A DNA stretch of 64,000 nt from an uncultured virus (IMG/VR IMGVR_UViG_3300009194_000004) (lineage: Duplodnaviria > Heunggongvirae > Uroviricota > Caudoviricetes). Made by a program: the position numbers and the translations under genes. The notes under the pieces are model-generated. The model searched no databases. It was not told the origin of the DNA and saw only the letters and a list, made by a program, of their open reading frames with translations. This document shows, piece by piece, positions 47,467 through 56,846 of this stretch (position 1 is the first letter of the stretch; the number at the start of each line of letters is the position of its first letter). The stretch is from IMG/VR virus record IMGVR_UViG_3300009194_000004, positions 1-64,000 of that record. One strand, given 5' to 3'.

Positions 47467-48867
47467 ATGGCATTGTTTGATGACGAGCAGGAGCCATCGA
47501 CTCCGGCTCCACCACCAACCGTGAAACCCAAGATCGAGCCCAAGACGTTCGATGGGATCACGGTGGATACCAAGTACACACCCAGCTCAGCCCTGTTGAC
47601 GTGGGTGGAAGGGTCCAACTGGACCGTGGATTATTTCTCACAGGTACTGGGGGCGGACAACGAACCGACCGCTCAGGACCTGCATCGTGAACCGATCTAC
47701 CAACAGTACCGTCGCCTCAAAGCGATGGACCTGAAGGTCACCACCCCCTTGAGTTTCAGTCAAGACCCCAGCCTGAAAACTATGGACGTGCGGGGCAGTG
47801 GTATCACCTACCCGTTCTTGGTTCCGAACAAAGGGGACATGTTCGTTGCGGACATTGGTGATGGACGCATTGGTGCGTTCACGGTCACCGAAGCGACCCG
47901 CGCCACCATCTTGAAAGACTCGGTGTACAACATCGAGTACGCCTTGGTGGCTGAACTGGACAACCAGCGACTGGCGGATCTGGAACGCAAAACCATTGAG
48001 ACGTACCACTACTCACAGGCGTCGTTGATCAGTGGGTGCGGACCGTTCGTTACGGGGGAAGAGAAAGCCCGGTCAGAACGGTACCATGAAATTTACCGGG
48101 AGTTGATCAAGCGGTATTTGACGGATTTCTTCAGCACTGAACACAGTACTTTGTTGGTTCCTGACCAGTTGCGTAAGACGTACGACCACTTTGTCACCCG
48201 GGCGGTGTTGCAGTCCGTGGACACGTCACTGGATTCTCGCCTGCGTCGAGTACGGGAGATGAACGTCTCAGCTGAGCCGGTGATGAAACAACCCACGGTG
48301 TGGGATGCGATCCTGCGCATGGACGACACCCGTTTGTACGGCGCTACCCAGAAGGCCGACCTGGTCACCACCACGTACTTTAAAGGCCGTCCGACGCTAC
48401 AGGCGTTGGGGTACACGGGCATTGATCGACTGGTCTTCCCGATTGACGTGGCCACCGACGTGGACACGCAGTACGACACCCGATACGAAGACCGCGCGGG
48501 GTTGCCGTTCCGGGAAGGCCGTCCCCGTCGTCCGTTACCGGGTGAGCCCAAGACGCAAGCGGAACGCAAGCTACGGTACTTTGAACCCACCCCCATGATG
48601 GAAGGCGTGGACCCGTGGCGCTTACCGCCGGATATTCACCCGGTGGTGAAAGACGAGTACTACGTATTCAGTGAAGCCTTCTACGAGGACGATCGGGACC
48701 AACAATCCAAATTGGAACTGTTGGTTGGTCAGGCGATCCGACGCGAGGCCCTCAACCTCGAAGCCTTGGATGGTCTACTGACCCACATTTACGATTGGGA
48801 CAACCTGGAACGGTTCTACTACTACCCGGCGGTGTGGTGTCTACTGAAACGCGCGGGAGCGAGGTAA
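47467..48867 (+). CDS. Virion structural protein (phiKZ gp99-like)
   Basis: LL.WVEGS.W.VDYFSQ, PN.GDMF.ADIGDG, YVFS..FY, W..LERFYY.P. Confidence 0.75.
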   Translation: MALFDDEQEPSTPAPPPTVKPKIEPKTFDGITVDTKYTPSSALLTWVEGSNWTVDYFSQVLGADNEPTAQDLHREPIYQQYRRLKAMDLKVTTPLSFSQDPSLKTMDVRGSGITYPFLVPNKGDMFVADIGDGRIGAFTVTEATRATILKDSVYNIEYALVAELDNQRLADLERKTIETYHYSQASLISGCGPFVTGEEKARSERYHEIYRELIKRYLTDFFSTEHSTLLVPDQLRKTYDHFVTRAVLQSVDTSLDSRLRRVREMNVSAEPVMKQPTVWDAILRMDDTRLYGATQKADLVTTTYFKGRPTLQALGYTGIDRLVFPIDVATDVDTQYDTRYEDRAGLPFREGRPRRPLPGEPKTQAERKLRYFEPTPMMEGVDPWRLPPDIHPVVKDEYYVFSEAFYEDDRDQQSKLELLVGQAIRREALNLEALDGLLTHIYDWDNLERFYYYPAVWCLLKRAGAR

Positions 48868-48870
48868 ACT

Positions 48871-49458
48871 ATGGCACGGGAAAAGAAACCCAAGACGGCC
48901 GCGTACCGGCTGTTCCATTTCAAATACGAAATGCGGATTCCGCAGATCTTCATGTACGGCATGGATTACCTGGAGAAGAACGGGTACCATGTCAGTGGGG
49001 ACGTGGCGCTGGACCGACAACGGTTGATGGAGCCGTCGGTGATGCGCCAAACCGCCGCTGGTTTGGCCATGTTGCACGACGAAGGGGCACCCATCGACTT
49101 TGTGAATGAGCGGGACGCAGTGGATGTGTACGAAGACATTCAGGAGCACCTACATGACTGGGAGCGGGTCGCGGTTCAGGGCATTCACCCGGACGACGCG
49201 CCATCCATTGAAGAATTCCGCCAGCTCGAAGCGGTGGCCTCGGCGTTGTACACCACGTCCAAGTTCTACGAGCCGGACGAGTCTTCCGGTGACCCGCTGC
49301 GCGATCGTTTGATGATGATGAACCGCCGACGCAACCCGGTCCGCACCGAGCGGTACCTTCGTGACAAGATCACCACGGAGAAAGGGGAATTGAAACCCTA
49401 CGTCTCGATCGTGGATCGAATTGAGCGGGCCTTGGTGGAGAATAACCCATGGGCGTAG
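48871..49458 (+). CDS. Conserved protein (phiKZ gp100-like)
   Basis: TAAY.LFH, YEDIQEHL..W, P.EEFR.LE. Confidence 0.7.
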   Translation: MAREKKPKTAAYRLFHFKYEMRIPQIFMYGMDYLEKNGYHVSGDVALDRQRLMEPSVMRQTAAGLAMLHDEGAPIDFVNERDAVDVYEDIQEHLHDWERVAVQGIHPDDAPSIEEFRQLEAVASALYTTSKFYEPDESSGDPLRDRLMMMNRRRNPVRTERYLRDKITTEKGELKPYVSIVDRIERALVENNPWA

Positions 49459-50807
49459 ATGCAACCTTATTGATGCGGGAGGTTCAGGCCATTGCCGATA
49501 AGGGCGATGGCTTGCAACACTACCGACTGACCTGTCGGATTCGGGCGGGGAACCATTGGATGTCCCCCATGCGACTGACACATTTCTCACTGGAACGGGA
49601 CTACGAGTCCGCCAATGGCGACGGTGTCAGTTTGGAACTCCAAATGGGTCGCGGGGAATACACGTACCGTATCGTGCCTAACCGGGACGAGCTGTGGGTG
49701 GATCTGACCGCCACACCCCTGTACGAGAACTCCGACATTCAGCGTGGTGATAAAGGCAGTAACACCCGCCGCTACCGAGCGATTCTCGTGGACCAAGAAG
49801 ACGACGCCGTGACGGGTCGCTCGCCTCAAGCCGGCTCGGAGGAAGACCTCAATCGATCCAGCCCTAAGGTAGTCCACTTGCAGTTGATGGACGAAGGGTT
49901 CTACCAATCACGTATGGTGAGTGTGGGTCGGAACTACCGGAAGATTCCACCGGCACAGGCACTCCGTTCATTGTTGACCGAAACCCGGAGTCTGGTGACT
50001 GGGAAGGACCAGCAAAAGATCCGAGGGGCGGATCTGGTGGAGGGGTTCAACACCAAACCCCGAGAACAGATCGTCATACCCCATGGGACGCCGCTGCTGA
50101 AGGTTCCCAAGTTACTGCAAGAAGAGGAAGGGGGTATCTACCCCACTGGGTTGGGGTGTTATCTACAGGACGGTCTGTGGTACATCTACCCGTTGTATAA
50201 CCTGGAACGGCATAAGAAGGACCCCCGGGTCCTGACGGTGTTGAATGTCCCTCCCAACCGGTACCACGGTGCCGAGCGAACCTTTCGGAAAACCAAGAAC
50301 CAAGTGGTGGTGGTGGCTACTGGGAACATGGCGGGCTACGACACAGGTCTGTACGGTCAGTTGAACGAAGGCAACGCCATGCGGTTCATGGACGCGGACC
50401 AGCTACTGAACCCGGTGGAGCATGGCGACAACAAAGCCATTGCTCGTCGTCAGGACAACATGTTCGAATTCGAAGGGGCAAAGCTGAAGTCCGGTTTCTC
50501 CAACGCGCGTTGGGCACCGGAGCGGGCGACCTCCAACCCGTTCAAGTACTACAGCAAACTGGCCCACCGGAAAGGTCGTTACGTGTTGGTTCAGTGGCAG
50601 CACGGGGATTCGTCGCTGTTGTACCCTGGAATGCCTGTGAAATTTTTAACTAACGCCAACAATGAGTTGAAGACACTCCACGGTGTGTTGGTTGGGGTCC
50701 ATGAACAACGGATGGCCCAAGAGCCCGGTCCGGTCAACAGTCGGTACCCGGCGATCATCACGCTGAAACTCTTTTTGGAACGCGAGGAAACGCGACCACA
50801 ACAGTAA
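49449..50807 (+). CDS. Baseplate hub-like virion protein (phiKZ gp101-like)
   Basis: RDY...GD, IPHGT.L..VP..LQ...GIY.TG.G.YLQ...WYIYP.Y, LYPGMPV. Confidence 0.75.
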   Translation: MGVDATLLMREVQAIADKGDGLQHYRLTCRIRAGNHWMSPMRLTHFSLERDYESANGDGVSLELQMGRGEYTYRIVPNRDELWVDLTATPLYENSDIQRGDKGSNTRRYRAILVDQEDDAVTGRSPQAGSEEDLNRSSPKVVHLQLMDEGFYQSRMVSVGRNYRKIPPAQALRSLLTETRSLVTGKDQQKIRGADLVEGFNTKPREQIVIPHGTPLLKVPKLLQEEEGGIYPTGLGCYLQDGLWYIYPLYNLERHKKDPRVLTVLNVPPNRYHGAERTFRKTKNQVVVVATGNMAGYDTGLYGQLNEGNAMRFMDADQLLNPVEHGDNKAIARRQDNMFEFEGAKLKSGFSNARWAPERATSNPFKYYSKLAHRKGRYVLVQWQHGDSSLLYPGMPVKFLTNANNELKTLHGVLVGVHEQRMAQEPGPVNSRYPAIITLKLFLEREETRPQQ

Positions 50808-50817
50808 GGTGCGGTAG

Positions 50818-51090
50818 ATGTTCAATAAAAAACAACGAATCATTGACCAGCTTCGGATGGAGCTGTCCATGTCCGAACAGTCCTTGAGTGCCCTGCGGGA
50901 GCAACGGGACAAAATGGTAGCGGAGATGTTCCAGAAAGATAAGAAAGTGGAATACCTGCAAGGCGAGTTGGTCAGTGCTCGGCGTGACGTGGATTCCCTG
51001 CGTGGCCGCATTGGTCAACTGCAGGACCGTCGTTGGTTCAAGAAACCCCAGTTGTCCGGATTGAAACGGTTGATCGGTCGTCAACACTAA
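50818..51090 (+). CDS. Small coiled-coil protein
   Basis: AAGGTG SD; heptad pattern. Confidence 0.65.
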   Translation: MFNKKQRIIDQLRMELSMSEQSLSALREQRDKMVAEMFQKDKKVEYLQGELVSARRDVDSLRGRIGQLQDRRWFKKPQLSGLKRLIGRQH

Positions 51091-51099
51091 GGAGGGTGC

Positions 51100-51465
51100 A
51101 TGCGTTGCTTCATTGCCAACGAACGCACCGCCTTGGACGACATGTGGCAACGGCTTTCTAAGGACTACTACATCGACCCCGACTTGACCCTCATGCTGGT
51201 GGAGTCACTCGGGTCGTATTTGTACATCCGGTGGTATTTGGAACAACGCAACGAGGCGCACCACATCGACGTCTATCTGGACGACCTGATGGAAGCGGCG
51301 TTGTTGACTCATATTCCAAGGAATCAGATCCTGGCGTGTTGGGACCAAATCTACCGAGCGGTTCATTCGTCATTGTGGGAGTTCCACCAGAAAGCGGGAA
51401 CGATACGTGGCGTGAACCCCCTCTTGGAAAACCACCACTTGTTGGGGTTAATGGTGTTCTCATAG
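51100..51465 (+). CDS. Hypothetical protein (paralog family with the next two genes)
   Basis: AAGGAGG SD; MRCFI...IYRAVH. Confidence 0.7.
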   Translation: MRCFIANERTALDDMWQRLSKDYYIDPDLTLMLVESLGSYLYIRWYLEQRNEAHHIDVYLDDLMEAALLTHIPRNQILACWDQIYRAVHSSLWEFHQKAGTIRGVNPLLENHHLLGLMVFS

Positions 51466-51515
51466 ATGGGGTCCCCAAGGGACCTCGTTTATGACGAATC
51501 CAGTGTCCGTTACAT

Positions 51516-51534
51516 CTATATCACCCTAATGAAT
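51516..51534 (+). promoter_or_regulatory. Putative early phage promoter
   Basis: CTATATCAC-cctaa-TGAAT. Confidence 0.75.
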
Positions 51535-51556
51535 CGACCCACAGTAAGGCAGAGTC

Positions 51557-51955
51557 ATGCGCACGTTTTTCATTCATGTTGATCCAGTCATGTGGACCAA
51601 CCACTTCCTTCCGGCGTTTTGTGAACAACTGGAGGATGCTCCGGATACCGTGGACTGTTTGATCGGGATCGTCCGGGAATACGTCTTGTTCCGTCACGAG
51701 ACCACCAACAACATCTTAGAGGGCGTTGTCGATGGGGCTCAGGAAACGCCCGAGGAAATCACAACGTTGGTCTTGGACAACGAGAACATCACGTACGTGG
51801 ACATCCCACATTTCGCCACACTGTTGGAAGATCTGTATCGATCCATTTACACATCCCTGGCACAGGCTGGCCCTGCGGAAGGTTTCCGGAACTTCCAGAC
51901 CCATCAAAGCGACACGGTCTTGACGGGGTTCAGCGGGTGTCAGGTATTACAGTGA
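51557..51955 (+). CDS. Hypothetical protein (paralog)
   Basis: MRTFFIHVD..W..HFLP.F...LYRSIY. Confidence 0.75.
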   Translation: MRTFFIHVDPVMWTNHFLPAFCEQLEDAPDTVDCLIGIVREYVLFRHETTNNILEGVVDGAQETPEEITTLVLDNENITYVDIPHFATLLEDLYRSIYTSLAQAGPAEGFRNFQTHQSDTVLTGFSGCQVLQ

Positions 51956-51964
51956 GGTAACCCC

Positions 51965-52378
51965 ATGAATCGGTTTTTCATTCACGCCGACCGGCGGTTG
52001 TGGGAGGATCATTTGCTCCCCGGCTTCTTCACCCATTTGGAGTTGTCTCCGGATTTCATTGATTGTGTCATGGCGGCAATCGAGCATTACATCAACTTCC
52101 GGTTTTCACCGGACAATCTGGACATCATCGACAACCCCGAAGTCCGACACGCGTTGGTGTGTTCGATTCTCAACGACGAAGGTCTGATCGACGTGGACAC
52201 TCACACGTTCACGGACCTGATGGAATTGTTGTACTGCTCCATCCACCCCGATTTGAAAGACGTCCAACAGCGACACAATGTGTACTTTGTGGAGACTGAG
52301 TACGCAGGGACATCCTTGATTGGATTCACCGGGGAAATCTTCAATAGAACCCAAATGACACCTATATCACCTACATGA
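51965..52378 (+). CDS. Hypothetical protein (paralog)
   Basis: MNRFFIHAD..W..HLLP.F...LYCSIH. Confidence 0.75.
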   Translation: MNRFFIHADRRLWEDHLLPGFFTHLELSPDFIDCVMAAIEHYINFRFSPDNLDIIDNPEVRHALVCSILNDEGLIDVDTHTFTDLMELLYCSIHPDLKDVQQRHNVYFVETEYAGTSLIGFTGEIFNRTQMTPISPT

Positions 52379-52380
52379 AC
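52362..52380 (+). promoter_or_regulatory. Putative early phage promoter
   Basis: CTATATCAC-ctaca-TGAAC. Confidence 0.7.
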
Positions 52381-52412
52381 AAAGCCACCTATATCCGAAG
52401 GAGGGTATCATC

Positions 52413-52832
52413 ATGGCTGCTTTCTTAATAGTACTGTTCATCTTTGTCATCATCGCCTTAGGGATGGCCAAACTGGTCGCGCCGTTCATGCGCCGACCGG
52501 AAGCCAAACCCAAAGCCGAAAAGCTCCCCACGAACCCTGAGATGCGGGCGTTGATTCTAACGCTGCGCAACGAAGGGTATTACGGTCGAACCCGGATGCG
52601 GGATGAAGACATCATCTACGTGGATAACCCGATCATCACCGAGATGCTTGAGGAGTTGGCCACCAAGTACGATCTACGGTGGAAACTTCCCATGTACCGA
52701 CTCCGTGTACGGAAAGTGGGTAAACACATGCCTGAGTGGATCACAGAGCGTTTCACGCACGTTCTGATGACCCCCACCCATGCCATTGGCTTTACCCCAA
52801 AACCCAAAGAAGAAGAACCGGTCTATAGCTAG
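52413..52832 (+). CDS. Membrane-anchored hypothetical protein
   Basis: AGGAGG SD; N-terminal hydrophobic helix. Confidence 0.75.
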   Translation: MAAFLIVLFIFVIIALGMAKLVAPFMRRPEAKPKAEKLPTNPEMRALILTLRNEGYYGRTRMRDEDIIYVDNPIITEMLEELATKYDLRWKLPMYRLRVRKVGKHMPEWITERFTHVLMTPTHAIGFTPKPKEEEPVYS

Positions 52833-52891
52833 TGGGGCAAACGCCCCACTATGCCGTCTGCATAAATCGAAAGAATAACGAGGAAAGAACC

Positions 52892-53311
52892 ATGTTGACT
52901 ATTCAAACTACCGACACCGCCAAGACCCTTGTTGAAGCCATGAAAAACGGTCGGTTCATGGACTGGGCGTTCAGCAAAGAAATCGAATTCTCCGGCATCA
53001 CCGTCGAGGTGGATCACGATACCTTCTCGGGCGAGTACAAGCTCAAGCTGGTTAAGATGAACCGCCAGCGCATTCGTCCAGACGCGGACTTTATCCGCTC
53101 CAATGAAAGTCTGGTCGCAGCAACCATGATGTACCTGGAAATCCCAATCATGAAAGTGGGCCGGGAAATGGTGGTGTTGAACGAATCAACTCAAGAGCCG
53201 CGTTCCGAGGACGTAATCCATAGCGGTCATCGCGAACGCGATTTCCGCTTTGTCTTCTCATTTGGTAAGAAGACCCCATGGCAGAATCTGGCCGACGAAC
53301 TGACACAATAA
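52892..53311 (+). CDS. Hypothetical protein
   Basis: GAGG SD then ATG 52892, after the hairpin at 52831-52850. Confidence 0.7.
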   Translation: MLTIQTTDTAKTLVEAMKNGRFMDWAFSKEIEFSGITVEVDHDTFSGEYKLKLVKMNRQRIRPDADFIRSNESLVAATMMYLEIPIMKVGREMVVLNESTQEPRSEDVIHSGHRERDFRFVFSFGKKTPWQNLADELTQ

Positions 53312-53348
53312 ACTAAAAAAAAACGAAAGAACGAAAAAGGAAAGGACG

Positions 53349-54569
53349 ATGAACAAGCAACGCAATGACGACAAACGAGAACTGTCCCCCAACGAATTGT
53401 TGCACCGCTTTGAACGCAGTAAGGTGGTGAAACAGTTGACCGAACGACTGGTGGTTAATGGCCTTTATTCTTCGGACGCTAAGGACCCAAAAAACCGGAG
53501 GGTCGTGGACATCACCCAGTTGGCGAAAGCTGGCGAAGACGTCGATCACGAAGTCTTGGGTAAAGAACTTCGCCACGTGTTTAATAACAACGATCGCATA
53601 CGGCGGTTGGCGCGGGTCGGGATCGTTTACTTCAGACACTCCGACAAGATCGTCACCCCGGGAGCGTTCATACATTTAAAACCAGCCGGTGCTACCGTGC
53701 ACACCACACTTGGCCTGATGACGCGAATCAAAGAAACCGGTGAGGACGGATTCACCCATGCATTTTTGATGGAGCAGTTCTCCAAGATACCGAAGACCCA
53801 GACGGTGATCAGTTTCATCGTCAATAACAACCTGTACCACCTGGAATACCCAGGTGATCGGAAACTCATTCGACTCACAAACCTACAGTCAATCAGCTCG
53901 ACGCGGTTTGCCCACGAAGAACTGGTCGATGAGCTGAAGAATACGTTTGGAGATACTTACTACCGCGAATGTTTGGAAGCGGTTGGTATCACCTACTGTT
54001 CTGAAACCGGTTGGTTAACCACCCCGGGCTGGCACATTGATTGTGAGGAACACCTGCTGGGTAAAACGACGTCGGAAAAACAGGCGGAACAAACGTCAGA
54101 CGACGAGTCGTCAGAGCCCACCGTCATGGATCTTCTCTCAAATAAAGGCGGTTACATTCAACGCCGCTGGGGCACCCGCCGTGTGTTCGCCCCCAACCGG
54201 GATGCACAGTCCTCCTTGGATGACTCGACGCCCGCATCGATCGAACATACCGACACGTGTGCTCAATTCATTCGTGACATGATGCTTAAGAAATGGAAAA
54301 TAAAATACGGTTCGGCGAACGTGTACACACAGTGTTACCCTTTGGACGGCCCTCACCATGACTTAGTGCTGAGTGATCTACTGGAACAATTTTCCACCTT
54401 TCCAAACTATGCCCACACATTGCTCGATTACGACATTGTTATTGGGTATGGTGGTCGAGCTGATGGTGGTGCGTATCGACTCATTGCTACCCTGATGTGC
54501 CCTGAAGGGAACGTCCAAGCCGAGTTCACTGCCAGCACGGTCTCGGCGTACGACCTCGACGCCCTGTAA
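53349..54569 (+). CDS. Hypothetical protein
   Basis: 406 aa; AAGGA SD. Confidence 0.75.
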   Translation: MNKQRNDDKRELSPNELLHRFERSKVVKQLTERLVVNGLYSSDAKDPKNRRVVDITQLAKAGEDVDHEVLGKELRHVFNNNDRIRRLARVGIVYFRHSDKIVTPGAFIHLKPAGATVHTTLGLMTRIKETGEDGFTHAFLMEQFSKIPKTQTVISFIVNNNLYHLEYPGDRKLIRLTNLQSISSTRFAHEELVDELKNTFGDTYYRECLEAVGITYCSETGWLTTPGWHIDCEEHLLGKTTSEKQAEQTSDDESSEPTVMDLLSNKGGYIQRRWGTRRVFAPNRDAQSSLDDSTPASIEHTDTCAQFIRDMMLKKWKIKYGSANVYTQCYPLDGPHHDLVLSDLLEQFSTFPNYAHTLLDYDIVIGYGGRADGGAYRLIATLMCPEGNVQAEFTASTVSAYDLDAL

Positions 54570-54601
54570 CACACCAACCCCATAAATTGAAAGAATAAAA
54601 G

Positions 54602-55225
54602 GTGACCATTATGACCCTCATTGTTGTAGATCAATTTCGTACCACAGTTGATTCCCACGCCCTCGTTACCGACGAACGAACCGGTGATAAGAGCCACGAA
54701 CCTTACATGAAACTCCGTCGTCTGGTGGCCCCGATCCGCCATGAGTTTGGACGCACGTTCCAGACCATCACCGTGGCGGGCGATGCCGGTGGGTTTGAGT
54801 TGTTCCTGCACAAACTCAACAAGGAACTGACGATGGCGGAAGAAGCCGATAGTGGTGTAACTGACACGGACCTGGTGCGTATTGCCAGCGAAGTGAAAAG
54901 CCCTCGGCCGACGATCGCCATCATTCCATCCCCTTGCGCTGTTCTGGTGGTGACGTTTGGTGGTGGCAAACCGGTGGAAGTGGAATACCGTCCAGGTGCG
55001 GTTCACGGGTTTGGGTCGGATTACGAACCCATTCCCGGTGAGGAAGAGGAAACCCGAGCATGGTTCTCCATCTTCATCGATGCCAAGCGGGCGGGTAAAC
55101 TCAAAGACGACACCATCCACTTCATGGCCCATGACAGCGACACCGTACACACGGACACGTTGAAACCGGCCCACAAAGCGAAGAAATTTCGCAGTCGGTT
55201 TCCGTTCCGTCGCCGTTTGGGTTGA
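54602..55225 (+). CDS. Hypothetical protein (possible degenerate Ntn/HslV-like pattern)
   Basis: MTLIVVD...VDS, ITVAGD, GFGS pattern; weak. Confidence 0.6.
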   Translation: MTIMTLIVVDQFRTTVDSHALVTDERTGDKSHEPYMKLRRLVAPIRHEFGRTFQTITVAGDAGGFELFLHKLNKELTMAEEADSGVTDTDLVRIASEVKSPRPTIAIIPSPCAVLVVTFGGGKPVEVEYRPGAVHGFGSDYEPIPGEEEETRAWFSIFIDAKRAGKLKDDTIHFMAHDSDTVHTDTLKPAHKAKKFRSRFPFRRRLG

Positions 55226-55243
55226 TTGAAACAAATTTGAAGA

Positions 55244-55262
55244 CTATATAACCCTTGTGAGT
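55244..55262 (+). promoter_or_regulatory. Putative early promoter variant
   Basis: CTATATAAC-ccttg-TGAGT. Confidence 0.55.
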
Positions 55263-55317
55263 AAACCCAAGAAAGGTTGCTCACATCAACATAAACTGAA
55301 AGAAGAAGGTGATTATC

Positions 55318-55560
55318 ATGACCGAAGCAAACAACACTCAGGCTACCGAAGTTGCAAACAAGAACATCAACACTGAAGAATCTAAAGTAAAAGGATTCTT
55401 CCGTCGCCACGGTAAGAAGATGGCGATCGGTTTTGGTGTTGGGCTCGTCGGCGGTGGTGTCTACGCTGGTGTTCGTCGCTATATGGAAGGTGGTGTCGGC
55501 ACCGCCAGCGAAGCTGTTGGCGACAAGGTCGAAGAAGTCATCAGCAACCTGATGAAGTAA
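55318..55560 (+). CDS. Small single-pass membrane protein
   Basis: GAAGGTG SD; RRHGKK followed by the Gly-rich TM segment AIGFGVGLVGGGVYAGV; terminator at 55569-55593. Confidence 0.75.
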   Translation: MTEANNTQATEVANKNINTEESKVKGFFRRHGKKMAIGFGVGLVGGGVYAGVRRYMEGGVGTASEAVGDKVEEVISNLMK

Positions 55561-55635
55561 TCGACCGACTGGGGGAGTATTGCTCCCCCAGATCTTTATT
55601 TTTTATTCCCCATACTGTCCGAAGGAGGACTGAGC

Positions 55636-56079
55636 ATGACCATCGTTAACAAAGCAGCGGACCTGAACGAATACACCAAGGCGTTCGACGCCCACATGAC
55701 CAAAGCCCAGCAGCAACATTTCGGCACCCCCGAGCGAGTGATTGAAGTCGTGGAAGGTCGCATCGGCGAGCGTCGCTTTGGGAACTTCGGCGTCTACCAC
55801 GCGGTCCTGACCGCCGAAGACCATCGTTACATCATCGTTGGCGGCGTTCATGGAACAGTCGTGTTCGACGAAGATGGTAACATCCACGTCAACGGTGGTT
55901 TCGCTGACCCAGAAAGCGACGCCTTCCGGCCGGAGTACCATCACGCGTTGATGAAACTCTTTCTGGGCGGCTACCCCATGCATCTGTTGATTGATGTCAT
56001 GGATTACGACCACGCCTGCCAACCGCTCCCAACTCGGGAATTCGCGGATCGGTTCATTGCCCTGGTGGGAGAACTGTGA
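55636..56079 (+). CDS. Hypothetical protein
   Basis: AGGAGG SD; 147 aa. Confidence 0.75.
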   Translation: MTIVNKAADLNEYTKAFDAHMTKAQQQHFGTPERVIEVVEGRIGERRFGNFGVYHAVLTAEDHRYIIVGGVHGTVVFDEDGNIHVNGGFADPESDAFRPEYHHALMKLFLGGYPMHLLIDVMDYDHACQPLPTREFADRFIALVGEL

Positions 56080-56087
56080 GGTGTCCA

Positions 56088-56489
56088 ATGTCTAATGAAA
56101 GACCTGAAGGTGATTGGTACGAAGACTTCTGGTCGGACGGTACCCGGACGTTCCACGCGCATGAAGGTACTGTCTTCATTCGCAAGGCACACAACAGCGA
56201 TCAGTACTACATCGACATTGAAACCGATCGCGGGTTGTACGAAGACGTCCGGGCCGGTGTGATGGGAATTGAGACCAATGCATTCTCAAACGCGCTGGTG
56301 CGTCGTAAGGGTCGCGCTGAGGGGTTCTTCACAGGCTACGTGTATTACCCCCTTCCCCTGATCTTCGCCTCACCAGAGGAGCGTAGGATCGCCGCAGAAG
56401 CTCTTGGTAAACGTCCTCCACCGGAACGCTGGGCACGGCGTCGTCGGGAGGAGATCGAAAAACTATTCAATATGAAAAAGCGAGCGTAA
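56088..56489 (+). CDS. Hypothetical protein
   Basis: GAGGTG SD then ATG 56088. Confidence 0.7.
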   Translation: MSNERPEGDWYEDFWSDGTRTFHAHEGTVFIRKAHNSDQYYIDIETDRGLYEDVRAGVMGIETNAFSNALVRRKGRAEGFFTGYVYYPLPLIFASPEERRIAAEALGKRPPPERWARRRREEIEKLFNMKKRA

Positions 56490-56491
56490 TC

Positions 56492-56665
56492 ATGACCGAA
56501 GAAACTAAGAATCAGGAACCCCAACCGAAGATGTTTAAAACCTCATGCTTCAAACGTGTTGTTAGTGCTGCATGTGCCGGGGCATCAGTGGGGATTGTAT
56601 CCGGGTTAATGGTTGGCGCAACCGTAGTTGTGTCCCGTGCACTCACCGGTCAAATAAGAGGGTAA
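56492..56665 (+). CDS. Small membrane protein (57 aa), missed by the ORF track
   Basis: MTEETKNQEPQPKMFKTSCFKRVVSAACAGASVGIVSGLMVGATVVVSRALTGQIRG; starts 2 nt after the previous stop. Confidence 0.6.
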   Translation: MTEETKNQEPQPKMFKTSCFKRVVSAACAGASVGIVSGLMVGATVVVSRALTGQIRG

Positions 56666-56669
56666 GTCC

Positions 56670-56792
56670 ATGTGTGAAGAAATCAAGAAAGCCGAACGTA
56701 AAGAACAAATTTGTCACCGCGTATGTGTTGGAGCATTCTTCGGCACCATGGTCGCCACCTACGTGTGGGTGGTCAGTCGCTGCACTAAGTAA
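56670..56792 (+). CDS. Small membrane protein (40 aa), missed by the ORF track
   Basis: GAGGG SD; MCEEIKKAERKEQICHRVCVGAFFGTMVATYVWVVSRCTK; ends just before the terminator. Confidence 0.55.
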   Translation: MCEEIKKAERKEQICHRVCVGAFFGTMVATYVWVVSRCTK

Positions 56793-56801
56793 CGACGACA
56801 T

Positions 56802-56835
56802 AAAGCCCTCCCACACGGGAGGGCTTTTTATTCCG
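56802..56835. terminator. Bidirectional terminator
   Basis: AAAGCCCTCCC-acac-GGGAGGGCTTT. Confidence 0.8.
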
Positions 56836-56846
56836 CTTCTTTTTTT

